This document shows, one piece after another, positions 47,329 to 57,421 of a stretch of DNA of 64,000 nt; position 1 is the first letter of the stretch, and every line of letters begins with the position of its first letter. The notes below the pieces were generated by a model. It made no database searches and had not been told where the DNA came from. It saw only the letters and a program-made list of their open reading frames with translations. A program made the position numbers and the translations under genes. Origin of the DNA: Candidatus Babelota bacterium (GTDB taxonomy: Bacteria > Babelota > Babeliae > Babelales > CAIQNR01); the NCBI GenBank assembly GCA_965658655.1, contig CBFHTA010000002.1:175841-239840 (forward strand). The letters are read 5' to 3'.

Positions 47329-48942
47329 ATGAAAGCTCTTTTAAGGGTCATCGCGCTCTCACTGTGCGCCCTCTCTGTTTTGCACGCCAATTCCTCTCGT
47401 CAATCATCCCCCAATTTTCATTACATGCGTGCACTCTCAAAAACCGATTTTGTATCTTCCGGTGGTACCACATTAGTAAAAACATTTACTATCTCAAACC
47501 CTGGAACATATACTTTAGCCCAAGACATTGGCTATCAAGCACATAACAATAGCACAGCACCAGGTGAATCTTGTGCCATCTATATTAACTCAAGTGACGT
47601 GGTCCTCGATCTTGGTTCTTTTACTCTCTATAGCAACTCAAATGTTGCAGAAGACTCTGCAACAAAAGCTATCGATATTAATACTCATAAAGATAACATT
47701 ATTATTAAAAACGGTAATATTAACGGTTTTAGTGAAACAGGTGTGAATATTCGCTCAAGTAGTCGAAGTATTCATCTGCAGGATATAGCCATTAACGCTT
47801 GTGGTGTATATGGCATTAGTTGTGTAGGAGCGGCAGGAATAGAAAACATTAATGCAGGCATATTAATACAAAATTGCCGTGTAACCGATACAACTAGAAC
47901 AAACAACATGGGAGTACGGATTACCTTTACAGAAAACATTATAATGCAAGATACCTCTGTTGGATTTGGAAACAATGATACTGCAGGTAGCGAATCGATT
48001 GGCATTCTTTTTTCAACTTGCACCAATATACAATGTAATAATGTAAGTTCTGGTGGCCACTATGGAGATGGAGCATTCGGATATAAACTCACTGATGTAC
48101 GCGGTGGAATCTTTGAGAACTGCGTTTCTCAAGGTAATTATGCTATTGATTCTACAAGTACCGAAACATGTGTTGGTTTCTTTGTAGAAACATCAACAGC
48201 AGTGCAACTTAAAAATTGTAAGTCATATGGTCATGCTGCAAAACGAGAAGCTCAAGGATTCTTCTATGGCAATGCTATTGGTTGTCTTACTGAAGGCTGC
48301 ACCGCAAACGGTATTAGAATGGAAAACTTAGATGCATCAGACCCAGAACACCCACTATTTGCAGGATTTTTCTCTCTCAACGGTTTCAGCAACACCTGGA
48401 AGAACTGCATTAGTGAAAGCAATTACGCAGGAAATGCAAGTACTACAGATGGAGATGGAGCAATTGGCTTCTACCTTTCCTCAGAAGCACAGTCAGCCCT
48501 TATTAGCTGCAAATCTCGTGGACATGGATCCATTTACAACCACGCTGCAAATGCTATTGGAATTTATCTTGATGATACACGACGATACAAAGTAACCGAC
48601 GGTAATTTTATGAAAAAAGAAGATTGCCAATTTTGCCAAGTAACTAGCTGCGAAGCAAGTTCAAACTGCACTTCTGCATCAACAGGAGTAGCCGGCACAA
48701 AAGGAACCTATACAGCCTATGGCATTAGAGATGATTCCGCGAACACAAAAAACATTATTATTAAGTGTTTTGCATTTGGCAACTCAGATAGTGCTTCTCC
48801 CCGGGTGGTAACCAACTACTATATGGATCTTACTGTTGGAGCAACAACACCTGCAAATTGGCCAAGGATAGAAACAAATATGGATGGTTTAATTGATTTA
48901 GCAAATACACCGGACTTCTATAACGTAAGTATTACCAGTTAA
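47329..48942 (+). CDS. Secreted Cys-rich right-handed beta-helix (pectin-lyase-like) protein 1
   Basis: Signal peptide; ISNPGTYTLAQDI, INSSDVVLDL, IKNGNINGF; repeated GF...NC.S.GN coils. Confidence 0.85.
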   Translation: MKALLRVIALSLCALSVLHANSSRQSSPNFHYMRALSKTDFVSSGGTTLVKTFTISNPGTYTLAQDIGYQAHNNSTAPGESCAIYINSSDVVLDLGSFTLYSNSNVAEDSATKAIDINTHKDNIIIKNGNINGFSETGVNIRSSSRSIHLQDIAINACGVYGISCVGAAGIENINAGILIQNCRVTDTTRTNNMGVRITFTENIIMQDTSVGFGNNDTAGSESIGILFSTCTNIQCNNVSSGGHYGDGAFGYKLTDVRGGIFENCVSQGNYAIDSTSTETCVGFFVETSTAVQLKNCKSYGHAAKREAQGFFYGNAIGCLTEGCTANGIRMENLDASDPEHPLFAGFFSLNGFSNTWKNCISESNYAGNASTTDGDGAIGFYLSSEAQSALISCKSRGHGSIYNHAANAIGIYLDDTRRYKVTDGNFMKKEDCQFCQVTSCEASSNCTSASTGVAGTKGTYTAYGIRDDSANTKNIIIKCFAFGNSDSASPRVVTNYYMDLTVGATTPANWPRIETNMDGLIDLANTPDFYNVSITS

Positions 48943-48958
48943 TAAAAAGGAAGTAACT

Positions 48959-50536
48959 ATGCGAGGTAACGTTACAATTCTAACTCTCTTGCTGTTAAGC
49001 GTAGTTCCTCTATTTGGAAGTACCTTAACAGATCCAGATACAATAACCCGTCGTGTAGTTGCTCCAGATCAAGCAGCACCAAACAACAAATTCATTACGC
49101 CCGTAAACACATTTAAGTTTCGCGCTCGGGGTGGCATGGATCTTGTAGAAACCTTTAGTATTAACAGTCCTGGAAGCTTTTATCTCGTTGAAGATATTGG
49201 ATATGAAGGACGCAATAGTGCAACCAGTGCCGGTGGTGCATGCAGTATTTATATTAATTCAGATAATGTAGTTATTGATCTAGGTAATTACACACTTTAT
49301 AACAATACTAGTACGGTCACTGGATCCGCACAGAAAGGCATTGATATCGCTTCTGGAAAACGCAATATCGTTATTAGAAATGGTAACATTAATGGATTTC
49401 AAGATTCCGGTATTTATGCTAGAAGCAATTGTGATGATGTTCGATTACAAAATCTCACAATTACACAATGCTCAAAGCAAGGTGTTTATCTAGATGGTAC
49501 TGCAGATACTAGTCCAACAAGCCAAAATATGATTACCAACTGCGTTATTGAAGATTCTGCTATAGGTCGAACCACCGGAACCTCTTCTGATCCGGCACGA
49601 GGCTTATTCTTAAATAACTGTTTTAATATTCTCGTAAGTAACTGTTCTTTAAATAGATCTGATGTTGGTTCAAATGATCAAGTAGCCTACGGAGTACTTA
49701 TTTCAAGTTCTACCAACGTTATCTTTAATAATTGTGAAGCATCAGGTAACCGCGGTTCAGGCATCTCATATGGATTTCATATCTACAATCAATCTCAAGC
49801 ATGCTCTTTCATTAATTGCACGGCAAATGGAAACTGGGGAACATCTGAAAGCGGAATTGGGTTTGGGTTTAGTGCACAATATGTCCACGGATGCTTGTGG
49901 GAAAACTGTACTGCTAACGCCAATGAAGGATCAACAATAGGGTATGGATTCTCTTGGCTCGGAGCCAAATACAACAAAATCACAAAATGCTCTAGCTTTT
50001 ATAATAAAGGCAATAGTAAGTCAAATAGCAACGGTGGAGGAGCTCGATCATTCAATTCTCAAGATGGAGAAGCAAACATCTGGGAGTACTGTGAAGCAAT
50101 AGGCTCTCAAGTTTCTTCAACCAGCTTTCCTATCGCACAATGCCTCGGTTTCAACTTAGTAAATGAAACCAACTCGCTCATACAAGGATGTACCTCACGT
50201 AACCATAATATTTCAAGTAACGATTCATGGGGTATTGGTATAAATCTGCAAAATTGCACTCGATGCACAATTGATAATTGCAGTATCACAGGAAACAAAT
50301 CAGCAACTACCAATCATGGTCTAGGATTACGAGATACCAATACTGGATCAAGCACTACTTTAATAACTCGTAGTTTCTTCTTTAATAACGGTGATACTAC
50401 ATCAACCGCTCAAAACGTTCATCTCAGTTATTATTTAGGTGGAGAATTAAACATAACAACCACTGTTAATCAAGGGAGCATGAAAAGCCTCACTGGTATT
50501 AATCCATATGAAAACGTCAGTATGAGTTATGTGTGA
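48959..50536 (+). CDS. Secreted beta-helix protein 2
   Basis: Signal peptide; INSPGSFYLVEDI, INSDNVVIDL; NCTANGN-type coils. Confidence 0.85.
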   Translation: MRGNVTILTLLLLSVVPLFGSTLTDPDTITRRVVAPDQAAPNNKFITPVNTFKFRARGGMDLVETFSINSPGSFYLVEDIGYEGRNSATSAGGACSIYINSDNVVIDLGNYTLYNNTSTVTGSAQKGIDIASGKRNIVIRNGNINGFQDSGIYARSNCDDVRLQNLTITQCSKQGVYLDGTADTSPTSQNMITNCVIEDSAIGRTTGTSSDPARGLFLNNCFNILVSNCSLNRSDVGSNDQVAYGVLISSSTNVIFNNCEASGNRGSGISYGFHIYNQSQACSFINCTANGNWGTSESGIGFGFSAQYVHGCLWENCTANANEGSTIGYGFSWLGAKYNKITKCSSFYNKGNSKSNSNGGGARSFNSQDGEANIWEYCEAIGSQVSSTSFPIAQCLGFNLVNETNSLIQGCTSRNHNISSNDSWGIGINLQNCTRCTIDNCSITGNKSATTNHGLGLRDTNTGSSTTLITRSFFFNNGDTTSTAQNVHLSYYLGGELNITTTVNQGSMKSLTGINPYENVSMSYV

Positions 50537-50559
50537 TGAATTATAAAGGAAAGCAAAAC

Positions 50560-51753
50560 ATGAAAAAAATTCTAAGGGCACTACTCGTCATGCTAGGTCT
50601 CATTTTCAGCTGGGGTAATACTAATGTTTCTGATAATACTCATTTTAGTAACATTGTTTTAAGTTCTGCTCCGGTTCTTGCAGAATTCGAATACACTCTT
50701 TCTCAACCTGAAGATATTTCTTCTCCAAACTATAATTCTGGTGTATTTATTGTGGCAAACAGTATTGAATATACCACCAACTCTACCCCTACAACAGCTT
50801 GTCTCTCAATAAATAGAAGTAATGTAACAATCGATCTCAATAACCAAATTTTACATTGCACCTCTCCAGGAAGGACGGTTCATGGTATTCATGTTAAACC
50901 AGGTGTCAGCAATGTTACCATTAAGAATGGAGTTATTAGAGGATTTACCGGCGAAGGTATTTTTATCGATGGATCATCATCTAGCAAAGTTACCAACATT
51001 ACTATCGAAAATATGACACTACACTCTAACAATACCGGTATTACCGGAACGTATGTTGACAATGCAACTATATCAAAGACAAATATAAGAACATCAACAG
51101 GTGATACAGAAACAAATAATAATGTTGCAGGTATATCATTTACCAATTCAGAAAGTGTTCATATTTCTGATTCCACTTCAATACGCAATAAAAATACTCG
51201 CTCTGATAAATACTCTTACGGAATACGAATTACAGCATGTAAAGAAACCCAAGTGACCAACTGTACTTGCAATAACAATCAAGCTGCTGGGAATACAACA
51301 GGTATCTATATTACCGATACCACCGATAACGGTGAAAGCGACACAATCGCAAACTGCACTTGTAACAATAATGTTTCTACAGCTGCTGATGCACATGGCA
51401 TTCATCTAGAAACATGTGATTTTGTTTATGTAGAAAAATGTACGATGAAAAGCAATAAAGCCTCGAATGGCACCTCTTATGGACTAAAGTTAGAAGGCGC
51501 CGATGAAACAACAATTGAAGAAAATACTTCAGTTCGCAATAACGTTGGCTTCTGGGACAATGAAGCGCTAGGAACCCAAACAAATTTATACATCCAAAAC
51601 ACAGCATATCACAATGTTGATGGCGCCAATAAACGTGATTATTGGAGAACCCTGAGTAACCCCATAGATTTTACAGAAGTATCTGTTGATAATTTAGATG
51701 CCGCAGCTTCGGCCTCTAATAAATCTAATGTTAGCGTAATTATAGAAAATTAA
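50560..51753 (+). CDS. Secreted beta-helix protein 3
   Basis: Likely start MKKILRA; INRSNVTIDLN, IKNGVIRGF, NCTCNNN coils. Confidence 0.85.
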   Translation: MKKILRALLVMLGLIFSWGNTNVSDNTHFSNIVLSSAPVLAEFEYTLSQPEDISSPNYNSGVFIVANSIEYTTNSTPTTACLSINRSNVTIDLNNQILHCTSPGRTVHGIHVKPGVSNVTIKNGVIRGFTGEGIFIDGSSSSKVTNITIENMTLHSNNTGITGTYVDNATISKTNIRTSTGDTETNNNVAGISFTNSESVHISDSTSIRNKNTRSDKYSYGIRITACKETQVTNCTCNNNQAAGNTTGIYITDTTDNGESDTIANCTCNNNVSTAADAHGIHLETCDFVYVEKCTMKSNKASNGTSYGLKLEGADETTIEENTSVRNNVGFWDNEALGTQTNLYIQNTAYHNVDGANKRDYWRTLSNPIDFTEVSVDNLDAAASASNKSNVSVIIEN

Positions 51754-51782
51754 TGATGAGGCATAAGACAAAGGAGAGCGGA

Positions 51783-54700
51783 ATGAAACGGTACAGTATT
51801 TTACTGCTAATCACCTTACTCGCAGGGTCTCTTGTGCGCTCAAGCGTTGGATCATATGGAGCACAAGTTCCCGTTGGAACAGGTGTATCACCAGACGCAT
51901 CAGAAACTATTGGACTTACCCAAGCAGATTTTACTGGAACCTATACCGCGGTAACACTCGATAAACAAGGAGCCACCTATCTTTTACTCGAATCCATAAC
52001 AGTACAAACTAACACAGCCCTTACCACCGTATTTGGTATAACTGCTGATGATATCACCCTTGATCTTGGTGGTCACACGGTAGATGGGAATGGTATTGCT
52101 GGTGGCGGTGCATTTATAACCGCTATTAATAATATTACAATTAAGAACGGAACCATGCGCGATCTTCGCCTTGAAGGTGTTCGCGTACCAACTACTACTT
52201 TTGGATTAACCATTGATAACTTAACACTTATGGATGGAGACCTTGCTGGCATCTTATTTTTTGGAACATCATTCAGCACCCTTTTAAATAACATTAATAT
52301 CATGGGAGATAATGTTTCAACTGGTACAGGTATTAGTGTAAAAGGTGCAGCAATAGACTTTGCCCTTAATAACTTCAACATAGACTCTCTTGTCAATACA
52401 ACTAATACAATTTATGGAGTAGATTTTACCGCAGACTGCGAAAGCGTTGTAATAAGAAATGGAAGAATAAGCAATATTCGTGGGGACTCAAACACAACCG
52501 CAAATGGACTCAATTTTGGAGCTGCGTCTTTTGAAGTTGCCATTAATAAACTCAGTATATCTCATATACAAAACACTGGTATCAATCTTAACAACTCATA
52601 TGGTGTTGCTCTCAACGATATAACTATTTCTAACGTAGACGGTGGAAGTGGTATTGAAATTGGCGATACAGCATATAACATTGCAATGGAAGATTTTAGC
52701 ATTACTGACATTGCAGCAACTACACCTTTAGACGGTGGAATTAAATTTGGAACAGGAGCTTACGCTATTGCCCTTGCCAACGGGAAAATCAATAATGTAT
52801 TGGGCGTCTCAAGTGGAAACGGTTTATCTTTTACCGGTACTTCTTACGCGGTTACCTTAGACAATTTAGCAATTAGCAATGTTATAGGGCGCGGAATTGA
52901 TTTTAACGCATCAGAAGATATTGCTGCTGCTAACATTACTATCTCTAACTCCACCCGAGATGGTCTTGTTGTGGGAGTTCCCGGTTCAGCATCTCTTGGC
53001 TTTGCAAAGAAACAAGGTTTTGCTTTCGCAGATATTATCATTAATAACTCTACACTAACAGGTATGACTCTCAATGGCCGACCAGAAGGCATTGCAATAA
53101 ATGGAATGAAAATTAATGGCGCAGGAACGGATGGTATTTTAATAACTAACCGTACACACGGCATGACTATGGCAAATGTAATGATTGGATCTCCTGGTGC
53201 TAAAGGTATTAACACAACAGGAATTATAGACGATATTACTATTGAAGATTTCACCGTTTCTCATCCAGCAACAGTTGGAATCGACTTCGCTGCAACATCT
53301 ACACGTGTATCTCTTCTTAATGGCTCCATTTCTAATCCTGTTAGTTCTTTTGGAATACGTATTTTCGGTGGATCACATTCAACACGAATCGAAAATGTAA
53401 CCATTTCTGACAGTGGAAGCGACGCAATTAACACCGGAACACAATGCCACAACATAACAATACTCAACTCTAAAGTAAGCAACATAACGGGCGATGGAAT
53501 GAGCTTTGGAAATTTTGGTCATAATATTATGGTAGAAAATTGCCAAGCAAGTCATATCAGCACCAATGGATTTGATTATGGTACCAATATGCACAATATA
53601 CTCTTAAAAAATTGTCGAACTTCTTATACCGGAGCAGATGGTGTTTTAGTAGGTGCAACCTCACATGGTATTGATATTAAAGATTGTGATTTTTCTCTTT
53701 GTAAAAGTGATGGAATAGTACTTGGCAACAATTGTCATCGCGTATTCATTCATGATTTCAACATCTCTGCCCACACTACAGATGGTATTCAATTTGGAAC
53801 AAACGCACATAATATTGAAATAAAACGTGGAGCCATCTCAAGTAATAACAGCCTCGGTAAAGGCATAGAGTTTGGAACTGGAGCATATAAAGTTGCAATG
53901 GAAAAACTTTCTATAGAACGAGGTGCTGCAGGAATACTCGTAGGACTAAGCGCAGACAGCATAATGATTAAAAACAGTTCTGTGTCAAACTTTTTTGCAG
54001 CTAGCGCAAATTATGGAATTCAATTTGCAGGAGGAAGCAATATTGGTCTCGAAGATGTCACAAGTACAAACTGTAACGAACAATCTGCAGGAAGCAACCA
54101 CGCTGGAATCTGGTTTACCAATTGTTCTGCAGTAGGTTGTCTCAATGTTTACTCCAATGGTCATACAGGTGATGAAGCTTACGGATTTAAAATTGATACC
54201 GTAACAAGTGGTTATTTTGAAAATTGTTACGCTTTTAAAAATACAGCAAATGCCACTGCAGCACCAAGCGCAAATGTTCCTGAAGCTGCTGTGGGTTTCT
54301 TTATAAAAGAGTCGACCGGGTGTCGATTTACAAACTGTAAGGCAGCAGACAATGTTGGTGCTAACTTTGCAGCTGGATTCTTACTGACAGGTTGCACTGG
54401 AAATCTTTTTGAAAACTGCTCCTCACTACGCAATCAATCAACAATAGAAGCTGTGACCGCCGCTGCTGCGGGATTTCTTTCTTTTGATGGTAAAGGAAAC
54501 ACTTGGAATAACTGCATTGCTAACGGAAACAAAGTTACCAGTACATCTACCGCCAGCACAGATGGATATGGAGCCTCTGGTTTCTACTTAGGCAACGAAC
54601 AACAATCTACATTGTTTCAATGTAAAGCAAACGGTAACGGTCTTGTCGCAAATCATGATGCAGATGTAATGGGAATCTTTCTTGATGGTGCCGCTTCGAG

Positions 54701-55037
54701 TCATGCACTTACATCTAATGATTGCAAGTATTGCCAAATTCGTGAGTGCGAAGCAAGTGCAAACTGTAGTTCTCTAACCACAGGAGTAACTGGAACAAAG
54801 AGTACATACTCTGCCTATGGTATTCGAGATGATGCAGCAAATACCTCAAATCTTATTATTGGTTGCATGGCCTTTGGCAACAAAGATGCATCTACACCAT
54901 TAGTAACAACTAATTATTACATGGATCTGCCTATAGGAGGAACCACTAAAGCAAACTGGCCAGTAAGAACAGGAACAATGGATTCACTAATAGAATTTGC
55001 TAATTTACCAAACCTATACAACATAGATATAGAATAA
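51783..55037 (+). CDS. Long secreted beta-helix protein 4
   Basis: Likely start MKRYS after AAGGAG; ITADDITLDLGG; many ~23-aa GI.FG...I.I.N..IS coils; C-terminal block similar to protein 1. Confidence 0.88.
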   Translation: MKRYSILLLITLLAGSLVRSSVGSYGAQVPVGTGVSPDASETIGLTQADFTGTYTAVTLDKQGATYLLLESITVQTNTALTTVFGITADDITLDLGGHTVDGNGIAGGGAFITAINNITIKNGTMRDLRLEGVRVPTTTFGLTIDNLTLMDGDLAGILFFGTSFSTLLNNINIMGDNVSTGTGISVKGAAIDFALNNFNIDSLVNTTNTIYGVDFTADCESVVIRNGRISNIRGDSNTTANGLNFGAASFEVAINKLSISHIQNTGINLNNSYGVALNDITISNVDGGSGIEIGDTAYNIAMEDFSITDIAATTPLDGGIKFGTGAYAIALANGKINNVLGVSSGNGLSFTGTSYAVTLDNLAISNVIGRGIDFNASEDIAAANITISNSTRDGLVVGVPGSASLGFAKKQGFAFADIIINNSTLTGMTLNGRPEGIAINGMKINGAGTDGILITNRTHGMTMANVMIGSPGAKGINTTGIIDDITIEDFTVSHPATVGIDFAATSTRVSLLNGSISNPVSSFGIRIFGGSHSTRIENVTISDSGSDAINTGTQCHNITILNSKVSNITGDGMSFGNFGHNIMVENCQASHISTNGFDYGTNMHNILLKNCRTSYTGADGVLVGATSHGIDIKDCDFSLCKSDGIVLGNNCHRVFIHDFNISAHTTDGIQFGTNAHNIEIKRGAISSNNSLGKGIEFGTGAYKVAMEKLSIERGAAGILVGLSADSIMIKNSSVSNFFAASANYGIQFAGGSNIGLEDVTSTNCNEQSAGSNHAGIWFTNCSAVGCLNVYSNGHTGDEAYGFKIDTVTSGYFENCYAFKNTANATAAPSANVPEAAVGFFIKESTGCRFTNCKAADNVGANFAAGFLLTGCTGNLFENCSSLRNQSTIEAVTAAAAGFLSFDGKGNTWNNCIANGNKVTSTSTASTDGYGASGFYLGNEQQSTLFQCKANGNGLVANHDADVMGIFLDGAASSHALTSNDCKYCQIRECEASANCSSLTTGVTGTKSTYSAYGIRDDAANTSNLIIGCMAFGNKDASTPLVTTNYYMDLPIGGTTKANWPVRTGTMDSLIEFANLPNLYNIDIE

Positions 55038-55058
55038 CCAATGCAAGAGGTACCAAGT

Positions 55059-57404
55059 ATGAAACAGTCTTTGACCGCTTTACTCCTGGCAGGCCTCATG
55101 GTTTCGGCTCATGCCCATACTCCACGAAAAGCACTTATCCCAACTAAAAAACAGAAATTCCTTAAAGGTTATTGGCGGCGCGTTAAATCAACTGATAAAC
55201 AAAAATTAGCATCACTCAAGATTCTTAATGAACGTGAAGATGAAAAAAAAGCTCGTCAAAAAAAGAAAGCTGGCTATCTCGCTGACCTTTACGCTGCTAA
55301 ACAGATAGACAAAAAACTTTTTCTAGAAAACAAGAAAACTATTTGGGAACATGGGTTAAAAAACAATACTGAACCTTTTACCTTTATGATGAATTTTAAT
55401 AGCAAATATTATCATGGGGTTAACCTCGAGTTACTCAATGGTTCTAATGGATGCGATTACTATTCATTTATGCAGTACCTTTTAGATACTGGTATTTATA
55501 TTCATCCTCATCTACAACATCTTGAAAAAGAAACAATAGAGTTCAAAGCCATGGTTCGAATGAAAGGTATCGCTGGAGATGCAGGAAGATACTTTAGATC
55601 AAAACCACAACAAACCAAAGTTGGATGGGCTATCACAGAATTCGAAACAAACACCAATATAGACAAATTCTCCCTCTGGATGCGTGAGATCTGGCTCAAA
55701 TATTATTTTGATGAAGACAAAAAAAGTTTTGTTACCACAGGGTTTTTCCCCTATTCTATTGGACACGGTATATCACTCGGTAACGGAGTTTTTTCAAAAG
55801 TAGGTATACCTATTCCTGGTTTTTATATCTTTAGTCAAATTGATCAATTTAAACCGGGAGTACTGTTTAGCAGTACCTTCGCTAACGACCAAGCATTATG
55901 GGAACTCTACTTTGGGTTTGGTACTAACTATAACACTACCTTTCAGCGGAATGCAGAATGTGCAGAAGCAACTTCCACACAAAGTCTGTTAAATGTTTCT
56001 CGTGGGACAGATAAACATAACTATATTCTATCAGGCCAAATTAAAGGATTTATTCCATCCAAAAATCCAGATACTGAATGCCTAATAAACCCTTACTTTG
56101 TTTTTAATTATGATAATGCTCAAACCGTTGAATTCGAAGCAGATTCATCGAGTCAACTCTTTACCTTAGGTTCTGTGTTCGAATGGGAAAATGGACCACT
56201 CCACATCAGCATGGAAGGAGCCTTAAACTTAGGTCACCAAAAAGTAAGAGCATGGGATAGAAATGAAGTCTTTTTTTCTGCTAAAACATGGAACTCCCAT
56301 ATTTTACTTTATGATCCAGAAATGCAAGGTTTTACTCATTACCCAGAAACTGCTGCTCAAGTTACTGCTGCAGCAGAGAATACCTTCACCGTTGCACCAG
56401 GAGCACCACCAAGCCCCACCTTTACACAAGCCGGCAACCCTATTATCCCTGCAATCGCAGACTATTCTAGAAGATTTACCAATGGTACTAAGTTTCAACT
56501 TTACACCTCTCCAGGAACATTGCCGAATCAACTGCTTTACAGAAACTCATTTTCTCGTTTAAGAAATGCTTACAAAAATAAATATCGCGGGTGGTTCTTT
56601 GTGGCTGATACAGGGTACCAATTCAATACATGGTACTGTGGTGGATCTATGGGTTTAATTTCTGGTGATACACCGCCTAACGATTCTCCTGGTTATATTT
56701 TAGCAACTCGTCGATTTGAAAACGATCATGCCGGTACCCCATTCGTCTATAAAGATACAAATAAAACTTATAAAGGCTTTGTTGGGTTAAATGAAATGTT
56801 CGAAAGCAAAAGCATTAATCCCTTCTTCATTCATGAAGCACAAAAGTTGAATTGTCCTTTGACTAAATGCGACGGGCTCACTACGCCTCAATTAACCAAC
56901 TTATTCTTTGTTGGCATAGGGCTAAAACAACATAGTGTTTATAATCAGAAAGAACGCAAAGGAGAAATTAACATCATTGCTTACGCACAACATAAGCAAA
57001 CCCTCAAAGGCACCAGTCTACCCTACACGGAATATGTTAATTTAGAGTACTCAGAAGCACGCCAAAAAGATGCCGAAAAAAGACTTGATCCCTTCTTAGG
57101 AGTAGAGCTTAATGCATCCTTATATCACAAATTAACTTACGACCTTGAGGCCTCTGCCCAAGTAGCTTTTTTTATTCCAGGAAAATACTATAGGGGCGCA
57201 GAAGGAAAATATCTTCCCTATAAAAAGCAAGCAGATTTAGTAGTTGCAAACAACTCAGGAATCTTTACCGTTCCAGAACAATTTAATGTTAGCTTGGGTA
57301 AAGATACTGCCTTCCTTGCTACGGTTGGCATTGCATACAATTTTGATTCACTTCTACTCAAAAACAAGCAAAAAGCTTTTGATCCCAAAAAAAATAAATC
57401 TTAA
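55059..57404 (+). CDS. Candidate outer-membrane beta-barrel protein (alginate-export/porin-like)
   Basis: Signal peptide; aromatic amphipathic strands (LWMREIWLKYYF, GFFPYSIGHGISLG, FLGVELNASLYH); near-terminal ATVGIAYNF beta-signal-like strand. Confidence 0.65.
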   Translation: MKQSLTALLLAGLMVSAHAHTPRKALIPTKKQKFLKGYWRRVKSTDKQKLASLKILNEREDEKKARQKKKAGYLADLYAAKQIDKKLFLENKKTIWEHGLKNNTEPFTFMMNFNSKYYHGVNLELLNGSNGCDYYSFMQYLLDTGIYIHPHLQHLEKETIEFKAMVRMKGIAGDAGRYFRSKPQQTKVGWAITEFETNTNIDKFSLWMREIWLKYYFDEDKKSFVTTGFFPYSIGHGISLGNGVFSKVGIPIPGFYIFSQIDQFKPGVLFSSTFANDQALWELYFGFGTNYNTTFQRNAECAEATSTQSLLNVSRGTDKHNYILSGQIKGFIPSKNPDTECLINPYFVFNYDNAQTVEFEADSSSQLFTLGSVFEWENGPLHISMEGALNLGHQKVRAWDRNEVFFSAKTWNSHILLYDPEMQGFTHYPETAAQVTAAAENTFTVAPGAPPSPTFTQAGNPIIPAIADYSRRFTNGTKFQLYTSPGTLPNQLLYRNSFSRLRNAYKNKYRGWFFVADTGYQFNTWYCGGSMGLISGDTPPNDSPGYILATRRFENDHAGTPFVYKDTNKTYKGFVGLNEMFESKSINPFFIHEAQKLNCPLTKCDGLTTPQLTNLFFVGIGLKQHSVYNQKERKGEINIIAYAQHKQTLKGTSLPYTEYVNLEYSEARQKDAEKRLDPFLGVELNASLYHKLTYDLEASAQVAFFIPGKYYRGAEGKYLPYKKQADLVVANNSGIFTVPEQFNVSLGKDTAFLATVGIAYNFDSLLLKNKQKAFDPKKNKS

Positions 57405-57421
57405 AAAAAGAAGAAAGAACA

